A stretch of 64,000 nt of DNA from an uncultured virus (IMG/VR IMGVR_UViG_3300046517_001279) (Duplodnaviria; Heunggongvirae; Uroviricota; Caudoviricetes): IMG/VR virus record IMGVR_UViG_3300046517_001279, one strand, 5' to 3'. The first letter of the stretch is position 1. Every line of letters starts with the position of its first letter. Shown piece by piece: positions 44,197 to 54,621 of this stretch. The position numbers and the translations under genes are program-made. The notes beneath the pieces are model-generated. The model saw only the letters and a program-made list of their open reading frames with translations. It was not told the DNA's origin and did not search any database.

Positions 44197-44685
44197 TTAC
44201 AAAACTCCGTCTGCAGCGGGCATCGTCCCGGTCTCCATCGCCTGACATAGCCGCTTGGCCCGGTCTCCGGTTTGGCGATACCACTGACTGCTGACCATAG
44301 CGGCTGCGGCGATGGCGTATGACCCTCTCTGCATAGCGCCGAGCGCCGTTTTAAACCCCAGGACGCCTGTTCCGAGTGTGGCGTTTCCTACGCCCATGTT
44401 GAAAGCCATGTTGGCGAGCACCCGTTGTCGCACGTCATCCATCTGACGCCACCAAGGAATATTCGCGTCGAGTTTGGCGAGACTCGTGGAAATGTCCCGC
44501 GCCAATAGTTGGTTGATCTGGGCATCGGCTAACGGGCATTCCCAGCCGACAGGCAGCGGCGAGACCTGACAGTTGTGCCCCACACCCACTGTGGGAATTC
44601 CCTTTGTATCGCTATAGACCGAGTAGCGAACGCCTTCGTCGCGGCGAAGCTCTGCTTCCAGGAGGTCCAGATTTAAAGTGACCAC
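44197..44685 (-). CDS. endolysin, GH24 (T4-like lysozyme)
   Basis: DEGVR...YSDTKGIPTVGVGH catalytic E-x8-D-x5-T; NMAFNMG; WYRQTGDRAKRL. Confidence 0.9.
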   Translation of the reverse strand: MVTLNLDLLEAELRRDEGVRYSVYSDTKGIPTVGVGHNCQVSPLPVGWECPLADAQINQLLARDISTSLAKLDANIPWWRQMDDVRQRVLANMAFNMGVGNATLGTGVLGFKTALGAMQRGSYAIAAAAMVSSQWYRQTGDRAKRLCQAMETGTMPAADGVL

Positions 44686-44686
44686 G

Positions 44687-45094
44687 TCAGGTTGTCCTGT
44701 TCAGCATCAGGTTGTCGATGCGTTCGTTGATCGCCTTGATCCCCGCGCGCGACTCCTGTGCGTTGGTCTGTATGGCCTGCGTGAGCTGCTGGATGGTGCG
44801 GTCAAGGCTGCCCATCACCTGCAGCAGGCCGGGGTTCGACACGAAGTTCTTGGCGCACTCGGCCTCGAACTGCGATTGCTGAAGTTTCAACGCAGCGTGA
44901 TCCTCAGCAGTCCTAAGTTCGAAGTCCGAAAGACGTTGCTTGGCAGCGTCCAGGTCGGTCTTGTCCGCCTTAGTGTTCACCGTGTCGATCTTCTTCTGGA
45001 CACTGCGAATCCAGAACCAGGCGACTGTCCACACGACTACGCTGACGCCGCCGACTGCGGCCAACCCAATAGCGACAACCGAACTGGTATCCAT
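44687..45094 (-). CDS. single-TM coiled-coil protein (holin or antiholin candidate)
   Basis: MDTSSVVAIGLAAVGGVSVVVWTVAWFW then coiled coil; abuts the endolysin. Confidence 0.6.
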   Translation of the reverse strand: MDTSSVVAIGLAAVGGVSVVVWTVAWFWIRSVQKKIDTVNTKADKTDLDAAKQRLSDFELRTAEDHAALKLQQSQFEAECAKNFVSNPGLLQVMGSLDRTIQQLTQAIQTNAQESRAGIKAINERIDNLMLNRTT

Positions 45095-45200
45095 TGCTTC
45101 CCCGATGTGACCGCCTCTGGGAGACGGTTCGATTTTGATGTGCGGATGCCGCGTCGCGCTGGCCGCATTGTAAACCGAAATCGGGGCTGGTAGCAGGTGA

Positions 45201-45641
45201 TCAGGCCGCTTTGCCGAGGCAGAGTCTCTTGAGCGCAACGTACAAAGCGTTCGGGTCAAAGCGCCACGCCTGCTCGAACCCGCACGCAGCGCCGCACGCG
45301 AACGAACAGAACTTGTGCCCGTTCTCGTGGCTGATGAATCCCAGAATGAAGTGCAGATCACCGAGCACGTCGTAAGGCTGGCCGGCGTGCTTCATGAACC
45401 ACGTGAGCGCAGCGGCCTCGTCCACGCCGGGCAGATCGAGCACGTCCCACTGGGTCGTGTCGCTGAAGTCGATCTCGCCGGGTTTGGTGAAGCGCACGCC
45501 GTTGGAGAGGACCGACGAGGCGCTGCGGCCGTCGTTGAAAAGCAGTTCAACATGGCTGTAGTCGCCTTCCTCCCACTCTCTGATCGCTATATCCACGAGA
45601 CCTGAGATGCCTGTCGTGCCTTTATAGAAAGCTGCTTTCAC
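45201..45641 (-). CDS. permuted papain-like (YiiX/YebB-type) hypothetical protein
   Basis: YSHVEL...GVRF...GQPYD...FCS. Confidence 0.55.
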   Translation of the reverse strand: MKAAFYKGTTGISGLVDIAIREWEEGDYSHVELLFNDGRSASSVLSNGVRFTKPGEIDFSDTTQWDVLDLPGVDEAAALTWFMKHAGQPYDVLGDLHFILGFISHENGHKFCSFACGAACGFEQAWRFDPNALYVALKRLCLGKAA

Positions 45642-45704
45642 TGGTGTTTTTCCCGGTTCTTACAGTTGACGCGATTATGCGGAGTGGGGGAGCAATTCAG
45701 GGCC

Positions 45705-48386
45705 TTAATACCAACTGGCAGAGCCCGCGCGCCATATGAGTTCAAGCTGCTGGCCGGCGATAAGCGATGCAGGCACATTGGCATGCGTCGTGTTCTGCCC
45801 TGTGTTGGGCGTCAGGGTGAACGCCGTGATCGCAACGGCCGCCTTGATCCTGACTCGCTTGCCATCGCGCGGACTCGGTGGCAGCGTGACGGTGTATGAG
45901 GAAACGGTCGATCCACCCGAGAGGATCAGATTGGTCTTTGCCATCGTCAGTGAACCAGCCGCCGTCATCGTAATAATGTCGTATGCGTCATCACTCGATG
46001 CTGACGTGCCGCTATAGCTTGTCACGTTCACATTGCCCGGCGAGCCCCCGCTGTTGTCGATCCACTCCCCGGTGACGTTATCTTTCAGCGAGCCGCCGAT
46101 CCAGTTGCAGTCCGTCGCGCCAGCGGCTACTTCGAAGCCGTACTTCTGCATCTTGGTGATACCGATGTTCAGGCCAGTCTCGCACCCGAGCGCATTGAAC
46201 TTCACGGCAGTCGGCCCGCAGTAGACTGCCGAATATCCCGCAGAACTTGCTTGAGAGTTTCCGCCGATGAGCGTGCCCATTACCTTCACGCGCGACCCGT
46301 TGTTGTTAATGCCGCACTTATAATGTCCGGTACTGCGGCCGCCTTTGAACGACACAAGATCTACGCCGTTGGCAATGTAGATACCATCCGTGGTATTCGA
46401 TCCATGTGAATACATATCCGTGAAGTGTATGTCTACACCCACATCTAGGCGGATCTGCTCTGACACATTGCTAAGGTCACCTTCCGTGTCGTAGTAGCGC
46501 GCGAAATTGCCGACTGTTGTTGATGCCGAGTTCTTGTGCCAGATGAAGTGATTACCCCGGATACCTACCATCCCGAAAACCTGAAGGGTATTGAAATATC
46601 CGTCTACTGTGAACAGGTCAGGGTTCGCTACGCCGTCGCCTGACAACGATAACCCGACAATGCGTAGACAGTCTGATCGTTGCGTAGTGCCATCGCACAG
46701 CACCACATTCGTTCCGCGATAGCCTTCAAACTGGCATTGTTCAATTGCCGTGGTGTTGGTCTGTACCAGGTGGATACCATTCCATCCATTCACACTGCGC
46801 ACATTGCGAAAAATCAGTCTCGTCGCCCAATTGACGGAAAGCGTATAGCCGCCGGTCATACCAGATGCGTCGATCTTGAGGTTCTCGACTCCACCGCCAG
46901 TTCCGCCCGCCGTTGCGAGCGTCATGCAGTCAAAGTTGCCGACGAACTTGAGTACGGTCAAGCCCATGCCTTGCCCGATGCAGCGCTGTCCCTGGACAGC
47001 CAGCGTGAAGCCTGCATTGAGGAGGTAGGTCTTCGGGCCGCATACGATCGTGCGACCAGTTGCGGCCGCCTTGATGAACGCGCCCGAGTCGTCCGTCACA
47101 CCGTCGCCAACGGCTTGAAAGTCCTCTGGAGTGACCGGGAGGTCGAAAAGTTTCGAGAGGATCGTCCGCGCAATCGCCCCCGTCCCGCTCTGCGTGAACG
47201 CGAGGAATGTGCCGAGCATCCACAGGGCAATCGCCGCGAGCGTCGTCTTCACAAACGACCCGCCCTGCTTGACCGTCTGCTCCTCAGCGCCTGTCAGCGT
47301 TGCCGCCGCGCTCTGCAGGTCCGGATCAATCACCTGCGCGACCGTCTGCGTCGCCGAGTGCGCAATCAGGTTGTCGCCATTCCCCGCAGCGCTCGAAGCC
47401 AGCGCAGCGACCGTCGTTGCATTCCCGTTCGCGCCTGTGAAGCCGACGATATCAGCGCCGCCGCTCGGCAGCGCACTAGCTAGGACTGCTGACGAAACGC
47501 CCACCACGGGCAACGCCACAGCGATGCCGAGCACGATCGTGACTTCGTAGCCGGCGACCAGCGGGTTGTTGAACCCGATGCTGTTGCCTGTCGAGTCGGT
47601 GAACGACTCCGTGCGGTTCCACCGCGCGCCGTTGACGAAAACCTGAGCAGTGCCAGGTATCCACGTCACGCCGCTTTGCGACCACGACGCTTGACCGGCC
47701 GTCGCGGTGAAAATGTACTGCGCCGGGTTATTCGCCAGAGCAGCGACGGTTGCCTGCGCAGCGCTGTTGGCCGCCTGCGCGCCGGTCTCTGCGGTCTCTG
47801 CGGCGGCTGCCGATGCCGACGCATTCCCGGCCTGCGTCGTCGCCGTCGCCGCGCTCCCGGACGCGGATGTTGCGCTGCTCGCCGCCGCAGCGGCTGACGC
47901 GCCGGCCTGCGTAGCTGCAAGCGAGGCATTCGCGCTCGCAGCCTCTGCCGTCGCGTCCTGGTCCTGCCAGCCGGTCGACGTGTAGACACGGACCTTCGCC
48001 GGATTGGTGCTCGTGTTCAGGTACTCGGCGCCGATCACGAGCGCTGCGCCTGACGTGGGGTTGACAGTTGGGTCAGTCGTGAACGACCCGAGCCACGTCG
48101 CTTCGAAAGAAGCGAGCCCGGCCTGGAAGACGGCCGCGCTCGCGGCAGCCGAGTTCTCGCTCGCAAGCGCGGCCGCTGCGCTGGCCGTCGCTGAATTCGC
48201 CTCAGCCGTGGCCGTGGCGGCAGCGCTCGTAGCTGTCGCCGCTGCGCTGCCTGCTGTGGCTGCGCTCGCGGCCGCCGCCGCTGCTGACGCGGCAGCCTCG
48301 CCCGCGAAAACGCCTGCTGCCTGCGCGCTGTTGACATCAACTACGAGCGAAAAGTCATTCGACGTCAGTACTGGATTAGGGCTCAT
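45705..48386 (-). CDS. tail fibre/spike with pectate-lyase-like beta-helix (depolymerase)
   Basis: Ala-rich N-terminus; VTPEDFQAVGDGVTDDSGAF head motif followed by G/N/T-rich beta-helix repeats. Confidence 0.85.
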   Translation of the reverse strand: MSPNPVLTSNDFSLVVDVNSAQAAGVFAGEAAASAAAAAASAATAGSAAATATSAAATATAEANSATASAAAALASENSAAASAAVFQAGLASFEATWLGSFTTDPTVNPTSGAALVIGAEYLNTSTNPAKVRVYTSTGWQDQDATAEAASANASLAATQAGASAAAAASSATSASGSAATATTQAGNASASAAAAETAETGAQAANSAAQATVAALANNPAQYIFTATAGQASWSQSGVTWIPGTAQVFVNGARWNRTESFTDSTGNSIGFNNPLVAGYEVTIVLGIAVALPVVGVSSAVLASALPSGGADIVGFTGANGNATTVAALASSAAGNGDNLIAHSATQTVAQVIDPDLQSAAATLTGAEEQTVKQGGSFVKTTLAAIALWMLGTFLAFTQSGTGAIARTILSKLFDLPVTPEDFQAVGDGVTDDSGAFIKAAATGRTIVCGPKTYLLNAGFTLAVQGQRCIGQGMGLTVLKFVGNFDCMTLATAGGTGGGVENLKIDASGMTGGYTLSVNWATRLIFRNVRSVNGWNGIHLVQTNTTAIEQCQFEGYRGTNVVLCDGTTQRSDCLRIVGLSLSGDGVANPDLFTVDGYFNTLQVFGMVGIRGNHFIWHKNSASTTVGNFARYYDTEGDLSNVSEQIRLDVGVDIHFTDMYSHGSNTTDGIYIANGVDLVSFKGGRSTGHYKCGINNNGSRVKVMGTLIGGNSQASSAGYSAVYCGPTAVKFNALGCETGLNIGITKMQKYGFEVAAGATDCNWIGGSLKDNVTGEWIDNSGGSPGNVNVTSYSGTSASSDDAYDIITMTAAGSLTMAKTNLILSGGSTVSSYTVTLPPSPRDGKRVRIKAAVAITAFTLTPNTGQNTTHANVPASLIAGQQLELIWRAGSASWY

Positions 48387-48808
48387 CAGGCTCCGCCTAC
48401 AGTGTTCTGAGGGGCAATCCAGACGTCGCCGCCCATGAGGGTTGACACATTGCCAGATGGGTCCGTGATTTTCACGTCATACGACCCGAGCAGCGCGACA
48501 CGGCGGCCGTTCATCATTCTCGACAGCGGAATGGGACCGGAGGTCAGTGCGGCCGACTGCGCAGCGTTCATTTTTGGCTGCATGGTTCCCGCCGCACCGC
48601 CGAGCACGATGCCGCCTGTGTTGCTATGCAGGTCAAGCAGCGTCGCGCCTGCGTAGTAGGTCGACCGGATCTGCATGTGCGCGGAGTAGCCGGTGAAGTT
48701 GAACGGCGCCCCCGGCACTCCAGGTGTCGGGGTGGGCCAACTCCACGTCCATACCGGCTGCCAGGTCTCGCCCTGTTCAAGCTGGATATCGTATGCCGCA
48801 GCGGCCAC
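48386..48808 (-). CDS. tail-fibre adaptor-like structural protein
   Basis: IQLEQGETW...FNFTGYSAHMQIR...YDVKI; next to the spike. Confidence 0.6.
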   Translation of the reverse strand: MAAAAYDIQLEQGETWQPVWTWSWPTPTPGVPGAPFNFTGYSAHMQIRSTYYAGATLLDLHSNTGGIVLGGAAGTMQPKMNAAQSAALTSGPIPLSRMMNGRRVALLGSYDVKITDPSGNVSTLMGGDVWIAPQNTVGGA

Positions 48809-49000
48809 TTATTTCCCCTTCGCGAATTTGGTCTTGACCGCCGCGACCGCGTCGCGCACCTTGAGCGCATCTTGCGGAGGCACTGTGCCGTCGACGAGGG
48901 CGTTCAGGATCTTCCACACGGCGTCAAGCTGCTCACCCGTAGACGGGTAAGCCTTCGCGCGCAACGGTCCCGGGTCCGGGTTATGAATAATTTTTGTCAA
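48809..49000 (-). CDS. small tail-associated protein
   Basis: TTGA coupling; RAKAYPSTGEQLDAVWK...VKTKF. Confidence 0.6.
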   Translation of the reverse strand: MTKIIHNPDPGPLRAKAYPSTGEQLDAVWKILNALVDGTVPPQDALKVRDAVAAVKTKFAKGK

Positions 49001-49386
49001 GACTGCGTCACCGAAAAGACTGCATCGAGCATCGGCCATGAGGACACCTGAACATCGTAGGTACCAGGCTGCGTGAAGCTCAGTTCGACTTCCCCGTCCG
49101 TCACCGTCGTCGGGCTTCCGCCCGCGATTGTAACAGTGGAAGGGTTCGGAACGTTCGACAATTGCATGCCTGAGATCGTCGTCGGATTCGCCGGGCGCGG
49201 CACGACAACTCCGTTGCTCCCGTAGGACGTCGCTGCGGTGCCGGCACCTAGCGCGACCGACTGCCCTGACGCCAGAGGCTGCATCGCGACCATGAACTGT
49301 GGCACGCGCCCGTAGTGCTGAATCGCCCCCGTCTGGTCGACGACTGCGTAATCAGTCATCGTGTAGTCCACACTCGCGTCAGTCAT
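48997..49386 (-). CDS. tail-associated hypothetical protein
   Basis: ATGA-coupled to J; Ig-like C-terminus (FTQPGTYDVQV). Confidence 0.6.
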   Translation of the reverse strand: MTDASVDYTMTDYAVVDQTGAIQHYGRVPQFMVAMQPLASGQSVALGAGTAATSYGSNGVVVPRPANPTTISGMQLSNVPNPSTVTIAGGSPTTVTDGEVELSFTQPGTYDVQVSSWPMLDAVFSVTQS

Positions 49387-52300
49387 TTCAACGCCTCAAA
49401 TATAGTGATTGTCGCTTGCGGCCCGTGCGGCGAAGACACAGATACCGTGTAAGTTCCCGCAGGTGGTTGGATCACCATCGCATTGGCCGACTGTATTGGA
49501 CCGCCCGTTCCGGTCACGCTCAATTGTGACCCGGCAATAGTTATGGTGACCGTACTTGACAGCGGGCCGCCACCGTTCACCCCCGTGTCGTAGTAGCCCA
49601 CCGCAGCGTACAAGGCCACAACCAGCACGCCACCGCTTGACGGGTATACGGCCGTCTGCCCATTGCCCAGGCCGCCAAACGCAGCCTGAACCGTGATCGC
49701 GTGGTCTGCGACCTGCAGCGTGTTGACCGAGAGTTGCTCGATCTGCGCGGTCCCTACCGCTTCGTTGGCAATCAGCGCTGATGTGACAGCCTCGAACTGG
49801 ATCTGCGCGGTGCCGATCGCCGCGTTCGCGATCAGCGCCGTGGTGATCGCAGCCTGTGCGATACACGCGGTCGTGATCGACGCAGCTGCGATCTGCTGTG
49901 CCGTCACCGCGCCGTTCTGAATCTGCGCGGTCGCAATCGCTGCGTTCTGGATATTGACCGACGCCACCGCCTGTGCAGCGATGTTGGCGTTCGTGATCGT
50001 CTGGTTCGCGATCAGTGCGCCGTTGATCTCCTGGGCATTCGCGATGTCATAGAGGATCGTGCCGAGGTCGAAGTCGCCTAGCGGCATCGCCAGCACTGTC
50101 GCAGCGGTGCCGAGCGTGGCGTTGTACGGGCCGACGACGCCGCTCGTGTTGACCGCGCGCACCCAGTAGTAGTAGGTGGCACCCGCGACGAGCCCGCCGA
50201 CCGTCCACGTCGTCGTGCCGACGTTGTTGCCCACCATCACCGCGTTGGCGATGTTGTTGGTGGAGCTTTCGAACACCTGAAAGTAGTTCAGGTCGATGTT
50301 GCCCGGCGCCGCCCAGTTCAGCAGGACCGACTGTATCTGGCCTTGCGCCGTCAGGCTCGTCGGCGCACCCGGGGGCGCACCCAGCACAGGCACGGTGAAC
50401 GTCTCGACGAGCGGCTGCGACGTCGTCCCGTCGACCGAAATACCGTACACCTGGAAGTCATAGATGTCGCCGGCCGTCACGCCTGTGACGGTGTAGGCGG
50501 GCGTCTTGAGCGTCACCGTCTGCCACGGTCCGCCGTTGACCCGCCACTGGAACATGTACTGGGCCGAGTTGCCACTCCACGAACAGAGCAGCTTCTGGCC
50601 GAGCACGCCCGGCGCGATCAGGTAGCTCGTGTCGGTGACTGACCAGCTCGACGGCAGCAGTGCAACGAGGCTCAGCGTCAGGCTGATCGGCGGAATCAGC
50701 AGCGCGGTGTTGAAGTCGACGCCGTCGAACTTCGACTCGTTGTAGGTGACCGCCAGCACGTCGAACACGTTGCGCGCCGACTCCTGCACGTTGATCACGC
50801 GGAAGAGTTGCGTATTCAGGTTCGAGCCCGACAGTGCCCACATGAAGCCTGGGTTCGGCGCGGTCGGTGCACTGGTCGTGAACGTCAGTTCGTTCGTCGT
50901 CTCCATCGTGTTCACGACGCCGACTGACTGCTGCGCGCCCGTCTCATCCGAGAAGTAGAGCGTGTAGGTCTGCCCGGGGTCCAGCACCACAGGCGCGTCC
51001 AGCGTGATGCTGCCCGTGGTGCCGGCCACGACACGGCCACCCATGCGCTCGCCCGCGCGCACCGGGTCCGCGATCTGGATCACGGTGCCCGGCGTGAGTT
51101 GCGCTGCGTCCATCCCAGCCTGAAACTGACACTGATCCGTGTCGAGGCGCTCGCTGAGAAGTTGCCACTTTCCGAGCCGGTACGCCTGCCCGCGCGTCGT
51201 GCAGCCGACCGCCATGATGTTCGCAGCGCGTACGCCGTAGCGCGCGATGCCGTCCGGATCTTCAACGTACTCGGTGGCCTGCGCGTACAACTGATTCGGG
51301 TCGTTGTACGTCACATACGCGACCGTGTGGCGGTCGCGACGCTGGCTGCCCGAGTAGGAGAACTGTCCGCCCACTATGTTGGCCGGCGAAAAGAGTGGCA
51401 TCGGCCCTTGCCACGGCGCGTCCTGCGTCGTCAGGATCGTGCCCGCGCCCCAGTAGGTCATGCCCCGGAACACGCTGCACAGATCCTGCACGACGTCGTA
51501 GGCACCCTTGGGGGTCGTGATGCAGGTGTTCAACTGGAATCGCGGCTCCTGGCCGCCGAAACCGTCCGGCACCAGTTCGTCGCAGTACTGCCCGATCTCA
51601 TACAGGCTCGTCACGTCGATATCGGACGTGTTCAGGTAAAGCCCCAAGCCGTAGCGGTCGGACGTCAGCAAGTCGTACAGACACCACGCCGGGTTGCTCG
51701 AATAGGCAATCTGGAAGCCGCCGTCCCATGCGCCAGTGTAGGTGCGTGCGACCGGATCGTAGTTGTTCGGCAGGCGGATCAGCAGGCCCTGGATCAGGTA
51801 CGTGCGCGTCGGGATACTGGCGAACTGCCGCGCGTCGATCTGAAAACCGACCAGCGCCGAATTCGGATAGGCCAGTTTCGTGTCGACGACCGTCGTCACC
51901 GCGTCCACGTAGGTCGGATTGACGAGGTCTACGTTGTCGCTATCGGGCGTGTTGCGCACCACCTGCACGGTCCAGGGGCCGGTCCCTGTCAGCGGGAACC
52001 TGAAACTCTTCTCGTACTTCGTGTTGGTGTAGCCGTTGAACGTATAGCTGAATGCCTCAATCCACGAGCCACCTGACGGCTGATAGTTCACGGTGAGTTG
52101 CGCGGTCGTGCCCGAGATATCCCCGCTGCTCGTGTCTGTAGAGGAAAGGCCGCCGACCGAGAGCGTAATGACAACCGCATCGGCTTCAGGATTGTCGATC
52201 TGGCTCGTTACCGGCACGCTGTTAAGCACTTGCGTGCCGAGTACAGCCGTCGCCTCGACAGAACTGAACCCGGGCAGGTACCCCTGCGTCTGCGTGCCAT

Positions 52301-52559
52301 TGGTCCACGCGATCGTGGCGCCGACGAAATTATTCGTCCCGTTCGACTCCTGTACCGGCACGCCATTCAGATAGATCGACTGCAGGCCGTTCACGAGACC
52401 CTTGATCTCTCCCTCGCAGAGCAGGTCAAGGAACGTCGCGAACGCCACCGACTGCAGCGAACTGGATGGCGGCGGTGTTGTCCCGCTGCCGCCGCCCAGC
52501 AGGCCACCTGCGCCGCCAGGGGAAATTACCCGCGCATACTCGCTATTGATCTCGCTCAT
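49383..52559 (-). CDS. tail tip/host specificity protein (lambda J-like)
   Basis: DLLCEGEIKGL, YPNSAL, SNPAWCLYDLLT, QYCDELV, FN3 domains. Confidence 0.95.
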   Translation of the reverse strand: MSEINSEYARVISPGGAGGLLGGGSGTTPPPSSSLQSVAFATFLDLLCEGEIKGLVNGLQSIYLNGVPVQESNGTNNFVGATIAWTNGTQTQGYLPGFSSVEATAVLGTQVLNSVPVTSQIDNPEADAVVITLSVGGLSSTDTSSGDISGTTAQLTVNYQPSGGSWIEAFSYTFNGYTNTKYEKSFRFPLTGTGPWTVQVVRNTPDSDNVDLVNPTYVDAVTTVVDTKLAYPNSALVGFQIDARQFASIPTRTYLIQGLLIRLPNNYDPVARTYTGAWDGGFQIAYSSNPAWCLYDLLTSDRYGLGLYLNTSDIDVTSLYEIGQYCDELVPDGFGGQEPRFQLNTCITTPKGAYDVVQDLCSVFRGMTYWGAGTILTTQDAPWQGPMPLFSPANIVGGQFSYSGSQRRDRHTVAYVTYNDPNQLYAQATEYVEDPDGIARYGVRAANIMAVGCTTRGQAYRLGKWQLLSERLDTDQCQFQAGMDAAQLTPGTVIQIADPVRAGERMGGRVVAGTTGSITLDAPVVLDPGQTYTLYFSDETGAQQSVGVVNTMETTNELTFTTSAPTAPNPGFMWALSGSNLNTQLFRVINVQESARNVFDVLAVTYNESKFDGVDFNTALLIPPISLTLSLVALLPSSWSVTDTSYLIAPGVLGQKLLCSWSGNSAQYMFQWRVNGGPWQTVTLKTPAYTVTGVTAGDIYDFQVYGISVDGTTSQPLVETFTVPVLGAPPGAPTSLTAQGQIQSVLLNWAAPGNIDLNYFQVFESSTNNIANAVMVGNNVGTTTWTVGGLVAGATYYYWVRAVNTSGVVGPYNATLGTAATVLAMPLGDFDLGTILYDIANAQEINGALIANQTITNANIAAQAVASVNIQNAAIATAQIQNGAVTAQQIAAASITTACIAQAAITTALIANAAIGTAQIQFEAVTSALIANEAVGTAQIEQLSVNTLQVADHAITVQAAFGGLGNGQTAVYPSSGGVLVVALYAAVGYYDTGVNGGGPLSSTVTITIAGSQLSVTGTGGPIQSANAMVIQPPAGTYTVSVSSPHGPQATITIFEALK

Positions 52560-52566
52560 CTGCGCG

Positions 52567-53205
52567 TCAGTCCAGGATCAGGCCGGTTTCGGTCGGCGCG
52601 GCGCTCAGGTCCACAGCCTGCAGCGACGAACTGACCGGCAGGCCGCCGACGAGCATTTGCCCATAAACGACTGGCACTGGCTGCCCCTGCGTGATCGTGT
52701 TGGTCGTGGAGCCGCCGTTGAAGTAGTAGGACGCAGCGGACCCGGGCTGCTGAGGGCTGAGTAGCTGTGTGATACCCGCCAGGACCAGGCTCATACCGAT
52801 CGAACCGACCGCTGCCGCAGTTCCCGATGACATAAGTGCGCCCGCGCCGACCCAACCAACCGGGTTCCATATCGCCAGCGCGACAAGCGCGGCGCCCGCC
52901 ACGATTTCGAGAACGCTGCCGAAGACCCCTTTGGCCCCGTCCACCGCGTGCGAGATGATCAGACGCTCGCCAGCGGGCAAGCCCAACTGTTCTTCGCTAC
53001 GGCTGCGGCGGTCACAGATGACGTGAAAATTCACACCGTCGCGCGCGCTTTCCATCATGTACGCCTTGAAGTCTGGGCGGGCGAGGCCGATGAGGCGCAG
53101 CGCCTGCTTAGGCGTCCTGCATACCAGTCGCCACTTGCGGCCGAACTTCTTACCGAGTTCCCCAGCCAGATAGACGTCAGTGTATTCAGCCGGGACGGTT
53201 CTCAT
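52567..53205 (-). CDS. tail assembly protein (lambda I-like)
   Basis: LAGELGKKFG...QGQPVPVVYG. Confidence 0.9.
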   Translation of the reverse strand: MRTVPAEYTDVYLAGELGKKFGRKWRLVCRTPKQALRLIGLARPDFKAYMMESARDGVNFHVICDRRSRSEEQLGLPAGERLIISHAVDGAKGVFGSVLEIVAGAALVALAIWNPVGWVGAGALMSSGTAAAVGSIGMSLVLAGITQLLSPQQPGSAASYYFNGGSTTNTITQGQPVPVVYGQMLVGGLPVSSSLQAVDLSAAPTETGLILD

Positions 53206-53936
53206 AGTTGTGATTTATGTCGTAAGTAGTGCGTAGCATTTTTCTGCCACTGGCCGCCGTATGGAAAGATCCCCGACAGGCGTTTGTAGGTGTGGTGCAG
53301 TATCTTGCCGTCGCCCAAGTATATCGCAGCGTGATTCGGTACAGGAGAGAGGATTTGCATCAGAATCGCGTCTCCGCGTTGCAATTTCCTCACATCGGTG
53401 CCGATCGACACGAAACCGTTCCGCTCAAAGCCGTCCAGGTAGAGACTTTGCCCTTTGTTCCACCACTCGTCTTCCCGCTCATCGTCGGGAAGGTCGATGC
53501 TCATCTCCCGCTTGTACCAGTCGCGGCACAATGCGTAGCAGTCCAAAATACCGTGGACGAACGTACGGCCGACGTAGGGCGTCTCGTAGCCGGTCGGCTC
53601 CGTGTAGCTGTGGCCGCCTGCCGGCCAGCTCACGATGTGCCAGGGCAGGCCCGTCTTTTCGATCATGGCGCGGTCGCCGTCGCTCGGCGCGGCGCTCGCG
53701 TTGGGGTGGGTATGCCACAGCGACACGACTTCGTAGTCGACATTCAGGAACGCCCACTCTTCGGCCGAGATCTTGAAGTACTCGTGCGGGTTGGGGTGGA
53801 CGTTGGTGCACTCGATCAGGCGCTGGCCGACGCCGTCCTGCACGATGACGCCGCAGCGTTCTTTCGGGTGCGCGTTGGTCGCGGCTTCTGCTGCCGCGAT
53901 CTCGATGATCTGCCGGACGAAGTCGAATTTCGTCAT
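53202..53936 (-). CDS. tail assembly protein (lambda K-like; JAB + NlpC/P60)
   Basis: ERCG...HTHP...SDGD; DCYALCRDWY...NHAAIYLGDG.ILHH. Confidence 0.9.
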   Translation of the reverse strand: MTKFDFVRQIIEIAAAEAATNAHPKERCGVIVQDGVGQRLIECTNVHPNPHEYFKISAEEWAFLNVDYEVVSLWHTHPNASAAPSDGDRAMIEKTGLPWHIVSWPAGGHSYTEPTGYETPYVGRTFVHGILDCYALCRDWYKREMSIDLPDDEREDEWWNKGQSLYLDGFERNGFVSIGTDVRKLQRGDAILMQILSPVPNHAAIYLGDGKILHHTYKRLSGIFPYGGQWQKNATHYLRHKSQL

Positions 53937-54619
53937 ACGTAGGTACGGCTGCCCGGGAAAGCGCCGAACGGAAGCAGCGCGTTCGTACCGAACCTCGCCT
54001 GGCACGACGTCAACCGCTTGCCGCACTGATCGCCGCCAACCGCCGCCTGTGGCGCGTCGGTCGTGTCGAAATACTTGCCCGGCACCGGCACCCACGTGCA
54101 CTGCGCGCCCTTGTAGATCCACGGGCAGCTGTTCTGCAGGATCTGGCGCGCCGGCAGTTGCAGGCCCGTCGTGTCGAACTGCGTCGTCAGTTCAAACACC
54201 ACCTGCACGCCCGTTTCCGAGATCTTCCGGTTGACGTAGTAGATGTCGGGCACGAGCATCTGCGACGGATCTGCGCCGGGCTGGTCGTCGAGAAACTGTG
54301 CAAACGTGCGCAAGCGCGTGACCTTGGCGCCCACCAGGTCGTTCAACTGCAGCGCGGTCGCCGAAATGATGCCGCCGATATTGGACAGCGCGATCTGCGG
54401 CTGCGGGATGGTTCCCTGACCGGTGAACTCGAAGCCGGTCGCCTCCAGCGGCCAGGGCTGATAGGTGAGCCCCTGAAACACGATCGGCTTCCGGTTGGCG
54501 TCGGTGCCCGCGAAAAAATAGTCGATCGTGCCGAAGCCGATGACCGTGGTGTCAAGCTGATACAGTTCGATCAGCGCGCCCGGGGTCAGGCTTTGCAGTG
54601 CTGCGTTGATTTCACTCAT
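53933..54619 (-). CDS. minor tail protein (lambda L-like)
   Basis: LPARQI..CPWIYKG.QC...CGKRLTSCQARF...FGAFPG. Confidence 0.92.
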   Translation of the reverse strand: MSEINAALQSLTPGALIELYQLDTTVIGFGTIDYFFAGTDANRKPIVFQGLTYQPWPLEATGFEFTGQGTIPQPQIALSNIGGIISATALQLNDLVGAKVTRLRTFAQFLDDQPGADPSQMLVPDIYYVNRKISETGVQVVFELTTQFDTTGLQLPARQILQNSCPWIYKGAQCTWVPVPGKYFDTTDAPQAAVGGDQCGKRLTSCQARFGTNALLPFGAFPGSRTYV

Positions 54620-54621
54620 GC

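Noticed and set aside
49700..50010. 30-bp periodic repeats at the 3' end of J
   Set aside because: They encode 10-aa (I-x-x-A-x) beta-solenoid repeats common in tail tip proteins.
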